DNA from: Macrostomum hystrix
Taxonomy: Eukaryota > Animalia > Platyhelminthes
Assembly: GCA_950097015.1 (NCBI GenBank)
Contig: CATNEN010000001.1
Span: forward strand, 22,382,001-22,446,000
Direction: 5' to 3'
DNA length: 64,000 nt
The position numbers were made by a program, and so were the translations under genes. The notes below the pieces were generated by a model. It worked only from the letters and a program-made list of their open reading frames with translations. It was not told the DNA's origin and searched no databases. This document shows, piece by piece, positions 12,447-23,499 of the stretch. Each line of letters opens with the position of its first letter. Within the stretch, counting starts at the first letter, position 1.

Positions 12447-13368
12447 AGAGCCCCAAAGCGGATTCCAGCCTCACAGCAGCAGCGGTTGAGCGAGTTGCCC
12501 AAAAGCAGGCTGAGGCCGTTCGCAGCCATCTATGCCGGCGTGACAGTCGGCGCCATGGCCTATATGGCCTGGCGCAATAGGCAAAGAACCAAACAGCGGC
12601 TAGAACAGCGGGACAAACTGGCCGATATGGCTCTGGAGTTCGCCAATTCCAATGAGACGGTGAGTCACAATGTCCAATGTCCAGCTGTCACAATGTCCAG
12701 CTGTCACAATGTCCAGCTGTCACAATGTCCAGCTGTCACAATGTCCAGGTGTCACAATGTCCAGCTGTCACAATGTCCAGGTGTCACAATGTCCAGCTGT
12801 CACAATGTCCAGCTGTCACAATGTCCAGCTCTTTAATCTGTCCCAATTTCCAGCTGTTTAATCTGTCCCAATATCCAGCTCTTTGAAGCTCTTTAAAAAA
12901 GTACTAAGCCACCCGCGCTTGCAGGTGTCCGAGCTGTACACCCCGCCGCTGCGTCCACAGCTGTCAGACGAGACGCAGAGCTTTGCCAAACTGGGCCTGA
13001 TGGAACGCCTGTCCTCTCGCAGCTCCGACTGGAATCCGGCTCGCCAGATCGAGTTCCACCGCATCCTGTTCTCAGACGAGTTCGGCACCGCTGGCTGCCT
13101 GTTTGTCTATGGCAAACTGTTGAATAACAGCACGTCGAAGGTACCGGAATTGAACGATTCGTGGAAAATTGTTCGGATAGAAATCTGCGATCCCAGGAAG
13201 GCCCCTGACAGCGATCAGTCGGGATCGTTTCAGCAGGTGTGGGAGAGAGTGAGCCTGCCGGCCAGGACCTCCAACAGGCGCATTGTCCGACTATTTGATT
13301 ACGAGGAGGACGTGAGGGATTGCGATTCGTCGTTGGGCTTAAAAGATCCCGTTTGTGAATGCGTCTGA
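12447..13368 (+). CDS. Divergent COA1/TIM21-like single-TM protein; exons 12447-12659 and 12925-13368 (start uncertain: ATG at 12420 or spliced-in Met)
   Basis: GT-AG intron 12660-12924 (GTGAGT...TACTAAG...GCAG) joins two ORFs in frame. Basic N-terminus, TM FAAIYAGVTVGAMAYMAW, helix LADMALEFANSNETVSELYTPPL, GCLFVYG and WKIVRIEI parallel the neighbouring COA1. Confidence 0.65.
12664..12885. repeat. 16-bp minisatellite (GTCACAATGTCCAGCT)n in the intron of the COA1-like gene
   Basis: Tandem array starting at the splice donor. Confidence 0.9.
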
Positions 13369-13990
13369 AATTTCGCTCAGACTATTAATACGACCTGATA
13401 AAGCATTGTATATTGAGCTGCTAGCTCCTACACTGCGGGGTGTACGTCTGCTCTGACCTTGTCATCGTCAGGCAGTGTGTACACGCTGCCGCGCCTTCAA
13501 AGTTGCCCATCATTGGCTTTAACTGCAGCTCCGAGCCTTCTCTCTGTGTTTGCTGCTTGTCCGATAGTTTAGAATAAATCTTTAGATTTGTTGGCTATTG
13601 TTACTCGTAGTTGTTGGTTATCTTTCTACGAGTATTTATCACTAGCTAGCTGTCTAGTGCTGTGTAGTTTGAGGCTTCCTGGAAAAAAATGGAATCCTAA
13701 ATGCATCCTTAAAACGCGTTTGCTTGCTGAGCTGGGAATGACTTTGAGCATTTCCCTGCTTTACAACTTTCTTAGAAATAAATTGATGCCGCTTGGCGTC
13801 TCACACATTAAAGACGGTTCACAAAATCACATGTCTCATGACTTTTGGAATTGGTGTTCATTTTAATTATGCCCGATTAAGAACACGCTTGCAAGCTGTA
13901 GCTGTGTTTTGTTAGCCGTCTGCTCAGTAAGACGTCCGTAGCAAAGGAATCTTGATCGATATAAAAATAAACATTAACTACACTCCAGCC

Positions 13991-14782
13991 ATGCTCATCC
14001 GAAACTCTGTTGCCATAGTAACGGGCGGTGGCCGTGGCATCGGCCGGGCCATTGTGGAGACGCTGCTGGCCCGTCAGGCCCAGCGGGTGATCGTGGCCGA
14101 TCTGAACGAGTCGGTCGGAGGCCAGACGGTGCAGGAGCTGAACGAGGCCCACGGCAGCGGTCGGTGCCATTTCGTTCGCTGCAGCGTCACCGACAAGTCC
14201 GAGCTGAGGCGCGCCTTCCAGAAGGCGATGGAACTCGAGGGTCGCATCGACATTGTGGCTAACAACGCCGGAGTGCTCAATGAAGCTGAGCCAGACCTCA
14301 CCATCGACGTGAACGTGAAGGGTGTGATCTATGGCAGCCAGCTGGCCCTGGAGTTCATGTCCAAGAAAAACGGAGGTCGTGGTGGTGTTGTCATCAACAC
14401 CGCCAGCATTGCAGGCCTGTTCTCCACGGCTTTTGCTCCCGCTTACGCGGCCTCGAAGCACGCGGTGGTGGGCTGGACAGGCTCCATGGGCTCCGAGCCG
14501 AACCTGAGCCATCACGGCATCAGGTTCAACTGCCTCTGCCCGTCCATTATTGGCACGGACATGTTCACAGATTCGCTGGCGGTTGGGAGTGGGTCCACCC
14601 TCATGCCGGACAAGCTGAAGCAGAGGATCGTCGAGAACCAGGTGCTTATCCCGATGTCGGTGCTGACCGACCAGTTTGTGAGGCTCATTGAGGACCCGCA
14701 GCAGTTCAACGGCTACGCTGTAGGCATCCTGCCGCCTGATCGAGTGAAATTAATCGACAAGTCAATGAAGGCGATGATTTGA
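13991..14782 (+). CDS. Classical SDR, 15-hydroxyprostaglandin dehydrogenase-like, copy 1 (263 aa, intronless)
   Basis: TGGGRGIG Rossmann motif, NNAG, MSKKNGGRGGVVINTASIAGL, catalytic YAASK, RFNCLCP. Confidence 0.9.
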   Translation: MLIRNSVAIVTGGGRGIGRAIVETLLARQAQRVIVADLNESVGGQTVQELNEAHGSGRCHFVRCSVTDKSELRRAFQKAMELEGRIDIVANNAGVLNEAEPDLTIDVNVKGVIYGSQLALEFMSKKNGGRGGVVINTASIAGLFSTAFAPAYAASKHAVVGWTGSMGSEPNLSHHGIRFNCLCPSIIGTDMFTDSLAVGSGSTLMPDKLKQRIVENQVLIPMSVLTDQFVRLIEDPQQFNGYAVGILPPDRVKLIDKSMKAMI

Positions 14783-15257
14783 TTGGTCAGCTAGATTCAT
14801 TCGCCGGCCATTTCAATCTGGTCTACTTGTGCTAGAAATCTAATTTTGATTTTTACCCGATAATCATTTTTATATTGTTTTGTTTTTTTCCGTAAGACCA
14901 GAAATTTGTTCCTTCGTACGTCGTATCGCAAGTTTCTGGTGCCTTTTAAATTATTTTTTAAATCGTCTCTCGCTGCCTTTAGTCTGTAGGTATTTTTAAA
15001 ATATAGAATTGATTATTGATTTTTCAGCTTCAAAGAATTAATAAAGCTTTTTTAACAAATTTCGCGACACTCTGTGAATCACTGAAGATATAAGATAGGA
15101 TTAATTTCTCGTTTTCACAGGCTTACAGTGTGTTAGGTTAGAATGAAAATTAAATTAGATTAATTATTTATTGTCTTTGTAAGTCTTTAAGACACGGTGG
15201 ACCAAGGTCTTGGTTGTGCGTGTTGCATCTTTTGACTGCTCAAACTACACTCCAGCC

Positions 15258-16049
15258 ATGCTGATCCGCAACTCTGTTGCCATAGTAACGGGCGGTGGCC
15301 GCGGCATCGGCCGGGCCATTGTGGAGACGCTGCTGGCCCGTCAGGCCCAGCGGGTGATCGTGGCCGACCTGAACGAGTCGGTCGGAGGCCAGACGGTGCA
15401 GGAGCTGAACGAGGCCCACGGCAGCGGTCGGTGCCATTTCGTTCGCTGCAGCGTCACCGACAAGTCCGAACTGAGGCGCGCCTTCCAGAAGGCGATGGAG
15501 CTCGAGGGTCGCATCGACATTATGGCCAACAACGCCGGAGTGCTCAATGAAGCTGAGCCAGACCTCACCATCGACGTGAACGTGAAGGGTGTGATCTATG
15601 GCAGCCAGCTGGCCCTGGAGTTCATGTCAAAACAGAACGGAGGTCGCGGTGGTGTGGTCATTAACACCGCCAGTGCTGCAGGTCTGTTTGCATCGTCGTA
15701 CATTCCAGCGTACACCGCATCGAAGCACGCAGTCGTTGGCTGGACAGGCTCCATGGGCTCCGAGCCGAACCTGAGCCATCACGGCATCAGGTTCAACTGC
15801 CTCTGCCCGGCCTTCATCCGCACCGACATGGTGACGGACTTGTTGAATCCGAATAGCGAGTCCACCCTCTTGCCGGACAAGCTGAAGGACTTGATGTCTA
15901 AGGAGCAGGTGCTGATCCCGATGTCAGTTTTGACGGACCAGTTTGTGAGGCTCATAGAGGACCCGCAGCAGTACAATGGCTTCGCTGTGGGCATATTGCC
16001 TCCTGACAAAGTACGCTACTTTGACAAGTCTATGAAAGCCATGGTCTGA
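15258..16049 (+). CDS. 15-PGDH-like SDR, copy 2 (263 aa)
   Basis: Same motifs, YTASK; near-identical to copy 1. Confidence 0.9.
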   Translation: MLIRNSVAIVTGGGRGIGRAIVETLLARQAQRVIVADLNESVGGQTVQELNEAHGSGRCHFVRCSVTDKSELRRAFQKAMELEGRIDIMANNAGVLNEAEPDLTIDVNVKGVIYGSQLALEFMSKQNGGRGGVVINTASAAGLFASSYIPAYTASKHAVVGWTGSMGSEPNLSHHGIRFNCLCPAFIRTDMVTDLLNPNSESTLLPDKLKDLMSKEQVLIPMSVLTDQFVRLIEDPQQYNGFAVGILPPDKVRYFDKSMKAMV

Positions 16050-16858
16050 AATTAAATTCTGTGAGCTTTCCTGGTCAGTCTGTATTCATTGGCGTTCCAC
16101 GATTTCCTTATTGTAGAAACCAATTAAATTAGCTTCAGTGACGTTTTTTAATGATTAGGGTAATATCAAACGATTTCTTAATCTGACTAGGACGTTTAAT
16201 GACGTTTCCGATAAAAAATTAACATTTTTGACACTGTCCCGTTTCCTGCTATTTGAATTTTGCCAATTAACAAGACTGTAAAAGTCTGTGATTATCACTA
16301 ACAATTAGCAATTGGACTCGTTCATATTTATTGACAGATAACATTTATTTTTGAAATTTCTATTGTGCCATGTTCGTCGAATTAACGTTAAAGCATTAAA
16401 CAACGGTGATTTCCTAGTAACTTTTACTGTTGAGACTTCACCAGTAGACATTCGTACGATTTTTCGTATTAACTTGATTTTATATTTTTATTTCAGATAT
16501 ATTTTCTGACTGACTTGAAATAACATACAGATATATGCAATGACAGTTTATAGTTATTGAACTTCAGTTTTTCTGTCTTACGAGTAAGTCTTTGATGCTA
16601 GTGTCACCCAATGTCAACCAGTTTTCTTTTTGGGTATGTAGAATGCTGTCTTAAAGAAGCATATAGAGTCTAGTTTGAGTCATCACTGAGACGGTTCAAA
16701 ATTAGACCACTTACGGCGCTAGATTATGGTTCGTAATATTTAGATATGTTCTAAGTTTCTAAAATTGCAAAAAAATTAACAAAAACCACCGTACTGAATG
16801 ATACACGTTATCAAGATTAATAAAAACATTAAGTAGCTGCTCAAACTACACTCCAGCC

Positions 16859-17650
16859 ATGCTGATCCGCAACTCTGTTGCCATAGTAACGGGCGGTGGC
16901 CGTGGCATCGGCCGGGCCATTGTGGAGACGCTGCTGGCCCGTCAGGCCCAGCGGGTGATCGTGGCCGACCTGAACGAGTCGGTCGGAGGCCAGACGGTGC
17001 AGGAGCTGAACGAGGCCCACGGCAGCGGTCGGTGCCATTTCGTTCGCTGCAGCGTCACCGACAAGTCCGAGCTGAGGCGCGCCTTCCAGAAGGCGATGGA
17101 GCTCGACGGTCGCATCGACATTGTGGCCAACAACGCTGGAGTAGCTAATGAGGCGAACCCCGACCTCACAATCGACGTGAACGTGAAGGGTGTGATCTAT
17201 GGCAGCCAGCTGGCTCTGGAGTTCATGTCCAAGAAAAATGGAGGTCGCGGCGGAGTTGTCATCAACACCGCCAGTGCTGCAGGCCTGTTTACTTCTTCGT
17301 ACGTTCCAGCGTACACCGCATCGAAGCACGCAGTCGTTGGCTGGACAGGCTCCATGGGCTCCGAGCCGAACCTGAGCCATCACGGCATCAGGTTCAACTG
17401 CCTCTGCCCGGCCTTCATCCGCACCGACATGGTGACGGACTCGTTGAAGCCGGGCAGTGAGTCCACCCTCATGCCGGACAAGATGAAGCTGAAGATTGCC
17501 GAACGGCAGGTGCTGATCCCGATGTCGGTGCTGACGGATCAGTTTGTGAGGCTCATAGAGGACCCGCAGCAGTACAACGGCTTTGCTGTGTGCATTCTGC
17601 CACCGGACCAAGTGAAATTCATCGACAAGTCCATGAAGGCGCTGATGTGA
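16859..17650 (+). CDS. 15-PGDH-like SDR, copy 3 (263 aa)
   Basis: Same motifs, YTASK. Confidence 0.9.
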   Translation: MLIRNSVAIVTGGGRGIGRAIVETLLARQAQRVIVADLNESVGGQTVQELNEAHGSGRCHFVRCSVTDKSELRRAFQKAMELDGRIDIVANNAGVANEANPDLTIDVNVKGVIYGSQLALEFMSKKNGGRGGVVINTASAAGLFTSSYVPAYTASKHAVVGWTGSMGSEPNLSHHGIRFNCLCPAFIRTDMVTDSLKPGSESTLMPDKMKLKIAERQVLIPMSVLTDQFVRLIEDPQQYNGFAVCILPPDQVKFIDKSMKALM

Positions 17651-18510
17651 TGTCTCCATCGTAGAAGACAGCAACATTGGTTCTATTTCCGTAGATTATT
17701 CATTTTGCGATAGTTTTTTAGTGTTCCATTTTATTTACTTCTTAATTTTAAGTTTTAATTGGCTATTTAACTAACCGAGTGTATTTTTCACATTTGAACG
17801 GACTCAAAAGCGATATACCGGTTTCATAGTACATTTCCCGATGCTTGTATTGGGAGAATTGCGTCGTAACTTCCCTAATTTCCTTGAGTCAATTTTTTCT
17901 GCTAATTTTCATACCCTTTGCCAGATTGTGTTTATCATGTGCCATCGCAGAAATTGTCATTAACCAGCGTTGACTTCTATAAATTATAGGCGTATCTGTT
18001 TGCCAGTTTTGATTGTATTATATTATATTTTATTGATTTTTTGGCGCAGTAAACGGAATGATTCGAACACTACTTGTTGTAGTTTTCACACACCTTTGTG
18101 ATTGTTTTAAAGGAAAATTAAAAGTCAGGAGTCAGAGGAATGAGGAGAATTACGTTGGTTTTAGTGTCACCAAATGATTTTATTATAACATGATGTAGTT
18201 GTAGACTCTAAACTCTAGTAAACCCTAGTTGGGAACTAGACAGCCCGACGAGAATCATTGAATATCTCGACGATGTCGATGTTTTGTGATTCTGGAAGTT
18301 GTTTCGTCGGATAGAGCGGCAAATTTTTCCCATTTCCGGATTTTCATGACGATTGATTGAATATTTTTGGAGATGCATAAAATTTTTTTCGTAGTCTTTC
18401 TACTATTTATCGACCAGCCGTAGCAGTGACGAATGCCACACATCACACCTACACACACACCTGCGATTTTATTCCTTTCAGAGCTCCAGCGAGCAGTGAC
18501 GACCGCCATT

Positions 18511-21500
18511 ATGTCGATGGAACCAGCTAATCTCGCCGTTGAGGTAGACACCCTGTGCAAGTCCTACTACAAGGAGGCGCCAGTCCTCAAAGGCCTGTCC
18601 CTGCAAGTTCCCCTGGGTAAAATGTGAGTCGTTCTCAAAGATTCTCAAATTCTCAAATCTGTCAGTGACAGTTTTGTTCCTAATGAATGATAAAATATTA
18701 CCAAACTCTGGGACGCTCCTTCAGCTACGGTCTGCTGGGTCCTAGCGGCTGTGGCAAGACTACTCTGCTGAAGTGCGTCGTCGGTCGCCTGAAGCCTGAC
18801 GCCGGTGTTGTCCGAGTCATGGGCGGCCGACCCGGGAAACCGGGGCACCGGGTGCCCGGCAACCTCATCGGCTACATGCCGCAGGATCTGGCTCTTTATC
18901 AGGACTTTACCGTGTCCGAGACAATGTACTATTTTGGCAGGATATTCCACATGCCAGCTGACGATATCGACACGCAGACGGACTTTCTTGTAGCTTTGCT
19001 TGAGCTGCCGAGCAAACAGAGGCTTATCTGCCAGCTCAGGTGACTTGAGTGATAGCGGAAACATATCTTGAAACAGTGAACTCGCCCTTTTTGCCCTAAC
19101 TCTCTCATTATCCTACCGACCCTTCTCTGACCAATGACTTCAATGACTTCGAAAGACAAGACTTCTTGTCTTGTCTTTCGATTTACAACCTTGAGGACCA
19201 ACCTCAAAGGCACAGTGAGTGTGTACACTGCCTGACGATGAGAAAGTCAGGGCAGATATATACACTTGTGTGATTGTGTGCCTGCGTACGGTATCTGTGC
19301 GCGTGTCTTCTCAGGAGTCTCCGAATTGCCTCCTCGCTGGCTGCGGGTCTACTGTCACTAAATGACTCTCCATGAGTGACTCATGAATGACTCACCCATC
19401 CATGACCCTGCAGCGGCGGCCAACAGCGCCGAGTGTCATTCGCCTGCGCTCTGTTGCACCGGCCGCCTCTGCTAATTTTGGACGAGCCAACGGTCGGTGT
19501 GGACCCTCTGCTCAGGCAGTGGTAAGTTTGCAACAACCATTAACAACGGCTAATTGATCTACGCTCATATTATACCTTCAGTAACTTGACCTCTGCAGCA
19601 TCTGGAATCACATGCTGTCCATTGTGAACAACCCGGATCGTCCAACTTCCATTGTGATCACCACTCACTACATTGAGGAGGCGCGTCAAGGCCACATGGT
19701 CGCTCTCATGCGAGACGGCCGACTATTAGCCGAGGCGACACCGAACGAGCTCTTGGAGAGGCACAATGACACCGTGAGTGCCTGCCAATAAAAAAAATCA
19801 ATCACGTATCGTTAGAGTAAGTGGTTAGTGGCAGAGCAAGTCTAATGCTTTTACCTCAAGCACCAAGGTCCCTGAGCTCGATTCCGCGGCGAGGCCATAT
19901 ATTTACCTAGACATCTGGGCAGCAAGACGTGTCTTGTAAAGTAGCAAGCAGTACTATGTACTCCAGCTGTAATCAAATTCTTCCCCTCATCGCAGAGCCT
20001 GGAGTCAGTATTCCTCAAGCTCTGCCAGATGGACGCTGTTGAAGTCGACGACCAATCAACATCCGCGACAACGTCGGCCGCGACCGCAACTGAGACCTCC
20101 CCGTTGCTAGGCAGACCAGGCAGTCGATCCCTGAACTCTCGCGATGTCGTTCCTCCATCGTCATCATCTGCCAACGCCGATCCGCTACCGGACGTGCTCT
20201 ACAAGGAGTTCGTCCCGTTCAGCGAGTCCGTTCGCAGCCTGATCGGCTTGCCATCGCTCTGGCACGTGCTGGCGGTTGTCGGCAAGAACATCACCAACCT
20301 GCGTCGGCGTCTGACGTTCCTGAGCTTCCAGTTCGCTCTGCCGATCATTCAGATTGTCCTGTTCTGCGTCTGCGTTGGCGGCGATCCGTTCGGCCTTCGG
20401 TTGGCCGCGGTGAACTTAGACAGCTCTGGGGAGCTGGGAGCCAAGTTCATGACCTACCTGGACAATAAAACATTTCAGACGGTGCGACCTCGCGACTAAC
20501 CTATAAAAATGCTTAATTTTAAATGAGACATCGATACAGACCGCTCAATCATTCTGTCCTCACAGACAGCGTACCATGACCTGGCCGTAGCCCGCAACGA
20601 GGTGCTCAACGTTCGCGCCTGGGCGGTGGTCTCCGTCGGCGAGAACTTCACCGCCGACTTGATGTCGCGCCTGCTGAATCCGGTCTCGGCCACCAACGCC
20701 ACCCTGAGCGGCGGCAGCGTCCACTTGCAGCTGGACAACTCCAATTACCAGGTGGGCCTCATGGTGCAAAAGTCGGTCCTTGACTCCTTCCAAGCCTTCG
20801 CCGGAGACCTGCTAGCACAGTCGGGCCTGTCGCCCCAGCTCATCAGCCTGCCGGTGGTGATTGACCCACCCCTGCTGGGCAGCGACAATCCCAGCTTCAC
20901 CGAGTTCATGGCACCCGGCATGATTGTGACCATCGTGTTCTTCATGGCTACGGGCCTCACGGCTCTGAGCTTCGTCTTGGAGCGCAAGGAGGGCCTACTA
21001 GACCGCAGTCTGGTAGCCGGAGTGACCATCCTGGAGCTCATGTTGGGTCACATGCTCACCCAACTGCTGATCATGGCGGGCCAGACCGGCCTCCTGTTGT
21101 TCTTCTCTCTGGTTGTATTCCGAGTGCCCTGCCACGGCTCGGTGCTGTGGGTCATCCTGCTGGCACTACTGAACGGCTTCACCGGGATGTCTCTGGGTCT
21201 GTTGATCTCAGCCCTATGCACGGCTGAAAACTCAGCTATTCAAGCCGCCCTGGGCACAATGTACCCCAACCTGCTGCTCAGCGGCATCATCTGGCCCGCC
21301 GAGGCCATGCCGCAGTATCTGCGCTTCATCAGTCGCGGGCTGCCCATCAGCCAATCAGTGGAGGCCATGCGGTCTGTGCTAAGCAGAGGTGAATTTCAAG
21401 CATTGTTAAACTTGCTCTCCAATCAAAACTAATAGCCCAGGTGTTATTCTTACAGCTGTTAAGTCCGTGGTCGCTACGCCTACTCACATATTTACCCCAG

Positions 21501-22439
21501 CAACTGCTTGCTGGTTCCCAGGATGAGGCAAGCGCATTCTTAATGCACAAGTCTGACACAAGCGCATCCTAAATTAACGAGTCTGACACAAGCGCATCCT
21601 AAATTAACGAGTCTGACACAAGCGCATCCTAAATTAACGAGTCTGACACAAGCGTATCCTAAATACACGAGTCTGACACAAGCGCATCTTAAATGCTCAA
21701 GCCTGACACAAGCCCATCTTAAATGCTCGAGCCTGACACAAGCCCATCTTAAATGCTCGAGTCTGACACAAGCGCATCTTAAATGCTCGAGCCTGACACA
21801 AGCGCATCTTTAATGCTCGAGCCTGACACAAGCGCATCTTTAATGCTCGAGCCTGACACAAGCGCATCTTTAATGCTCAAGTCTGACACAAGCGCATCTT
21901 AAATGCTCGAGTCTGACACAAGCGCATCTTTAATGCTCGAGCCTGACACAAGCGCATCTTTAATGCTCAAGTCTGACACAAGCGCATCTTAAATGCTCAA
22001 GTCTGACACAAGCGCATCTTAAATGCTCGAGCCTGACACAAGCCCATCTTAAATGCTCGAGCCTGACACAAGCGCATCTTTAATGCTCGAGCCTGACACA
22101 AGCGCATCTTAAATGCTCGAGCCTGACACAAGCCCATCTTAAATGCTCGAGTCTGACACAAGCGCATCTTTAATGCTCAAGCCTGACACAAGCCCATCTT
22201 AAATGCTCGAGTCTGACACATTCTACAGTTTCGCCTTATATTTTTAAAGGCCAAACATAGAATGTGAGGACTTATATAATTAGTACTTACAGACCTTCAA
22301 GACCTACATAGCCAGTCTTATTTTGGCAGGCTTCGGTTTCACGGCTGCGCCGGTGTACCTCGGCTTCGTGTCCGCCATCGCCTGGGCTACCGGCCTGCTG
22401 CTGCTGGCGCTGCTGTTGCTGCGTCTGAGAGGAATTTGA
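18511..22439 (+). CDS. ABCH / ABCG20-23-like half transporter (NBD-TMD, ABC-2 type); exons 18511-18623, 18725-19039, 19414-19521, 19599-19773, 19996-20481, 20566-21388, 22330-22439; ~709 aa
   Basis: Walker [10 protein letters not shown]-loop GYMPQ, signature [10 protein letters not shown], Walker [14 protein letters not shown]-loop ITTHYIEEA, then FTEFMAPG and [15 protein letters not shown]. All GT-AG junctions keep the frame (2130 nt total). Confidence 0.92.
19187..19362 (+). mobile_element. SINE family 1 body fragment in ABC transporter intron 2
   Basis: Similar to 10040-10210 (ACTGCCTGACG..GAGAAAGTCAGGGCAGAT...CTCAGGAGTC). Confidence 0.8.
19815..19905 (+). mobile_element. SINE family 1 tRNA-like head fragment in ABC transporter intron 4
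   Basis: GTGGCAGAGC...GCACCAAGGTCCCTGAGCTCGATTCCGCGGCGAGGCCA matches 9903-9970. Confidence 0.8.
21548..22220. repeat. 30-bp minisatellite (GTCTGACACAAGCGCATCTTAAATGCTCGA)n in the last ABC transporter intron
   Basis: Tandem array. Confidence 0.95.
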
Positions 22440-23499
22440 TTGGTACCTGGAACACATTCAATAACACTTCTATCAATTTTTAGTCTTTCCTGATTTTCTG
22501 CTAAATGAAGCGTGCCTTTGACTGATTATTTTATTCTGCCCGTCACTGCCTAATGACGACCTACGGGTTTGATATCGCATATTCGAGAATTTCATGACAT
22601 TTTTATTCTTAATCAGAAAGTTAATAAGTCATAGATAATTAATGCAATGTTAAAGGTTTTTGTGAACTCTTTGTTACACTGACTGTTTTGTTTTACACAC
22701 TTTTCAGATTTAGCATTGTAGATTAAAAAACAAGATAACTTTTTATAATAATAAAATATGGATTGAAAAGTTTTAATCGCCAATATTTAAAGGCTTTGTT
22801 TCATGTTTTTACTTTGCTGAAAATGCATCACCTGCGTCACCATTAAACTATGATAGCACTCTATGATAGTACTTGATGTGATTTGGGGTGCCTGGCCTTG
22901 TGGTGTCCTGTCTTGCAGACTGAGAGTCTGTTTGTCGATGGGTTCGGCTGGGAGAAGGACTGAAGACTGCGTCGGCGACAAACGACATGCGTACAGTCGA
23001 AAGCGTACGAGGCACTCTTCGGCCTTATTTACCTATTCGCTTCGAATATTAGAATTTGGAGGACAAAAATTGCATCTCATTAACCGACTCATTTCATGGC
23101 TGGCAGGGCTGAGAGAGGAAGGGGGCACAGCGGGTGTAGTACAGGCACAGCTCACAGCACACTGTACTCAGTTAGTATTCAGTAACTGCGAAATAAAACC
23201 TACTGTTGAATCGTATCAGTTAGAGTTTAATTCTGGAGCGAGCAAAAGGTTGAGAAATGAGATTACCCGATGTATCGGCCCGTACAGACTGGGCGTGCAC
23301 AATTCTGAGTAGCTCGCATCTAGCGCTGCGATAACAGAGCGACTGCGATATCTCTGCACCTGTAAACGCTGGGGTAAATTGATTTTATCTGACAAACAGC
23401 GAACCTGAAGAAAGGTAGTTCATAGTAACTAGGCGCTGATATATTGGATTCACTATTCAAACTTGGCTGCAAGTGTCTATCAGCATTTAAAAGTGTGCC

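Noticed and set aside
13877-17677. Long antisense ORFs over the SDRs (and over TBCK, ABCH, myotubularin)
   Set aside because: Expected shadow ORFs of GC3-rich coding sequence.
19225-19260. Hammerhead-like CTGACGA..GAAA..GTC in the SINE 1 body
   Set aside because: Only 3 nt between the core boxes (no stem II), no stem III, and CTGACGA is not conserved in the 10073 copy; a simple hairpin explains it.
22930-23301. Possible solo LTR (TG...AATAAA...CA) upstream of family copy 1, faintly like 47450-47830
   Set aside because: No matching TSD or terminal inverted repeat found; similarity too weak to judge by eye.
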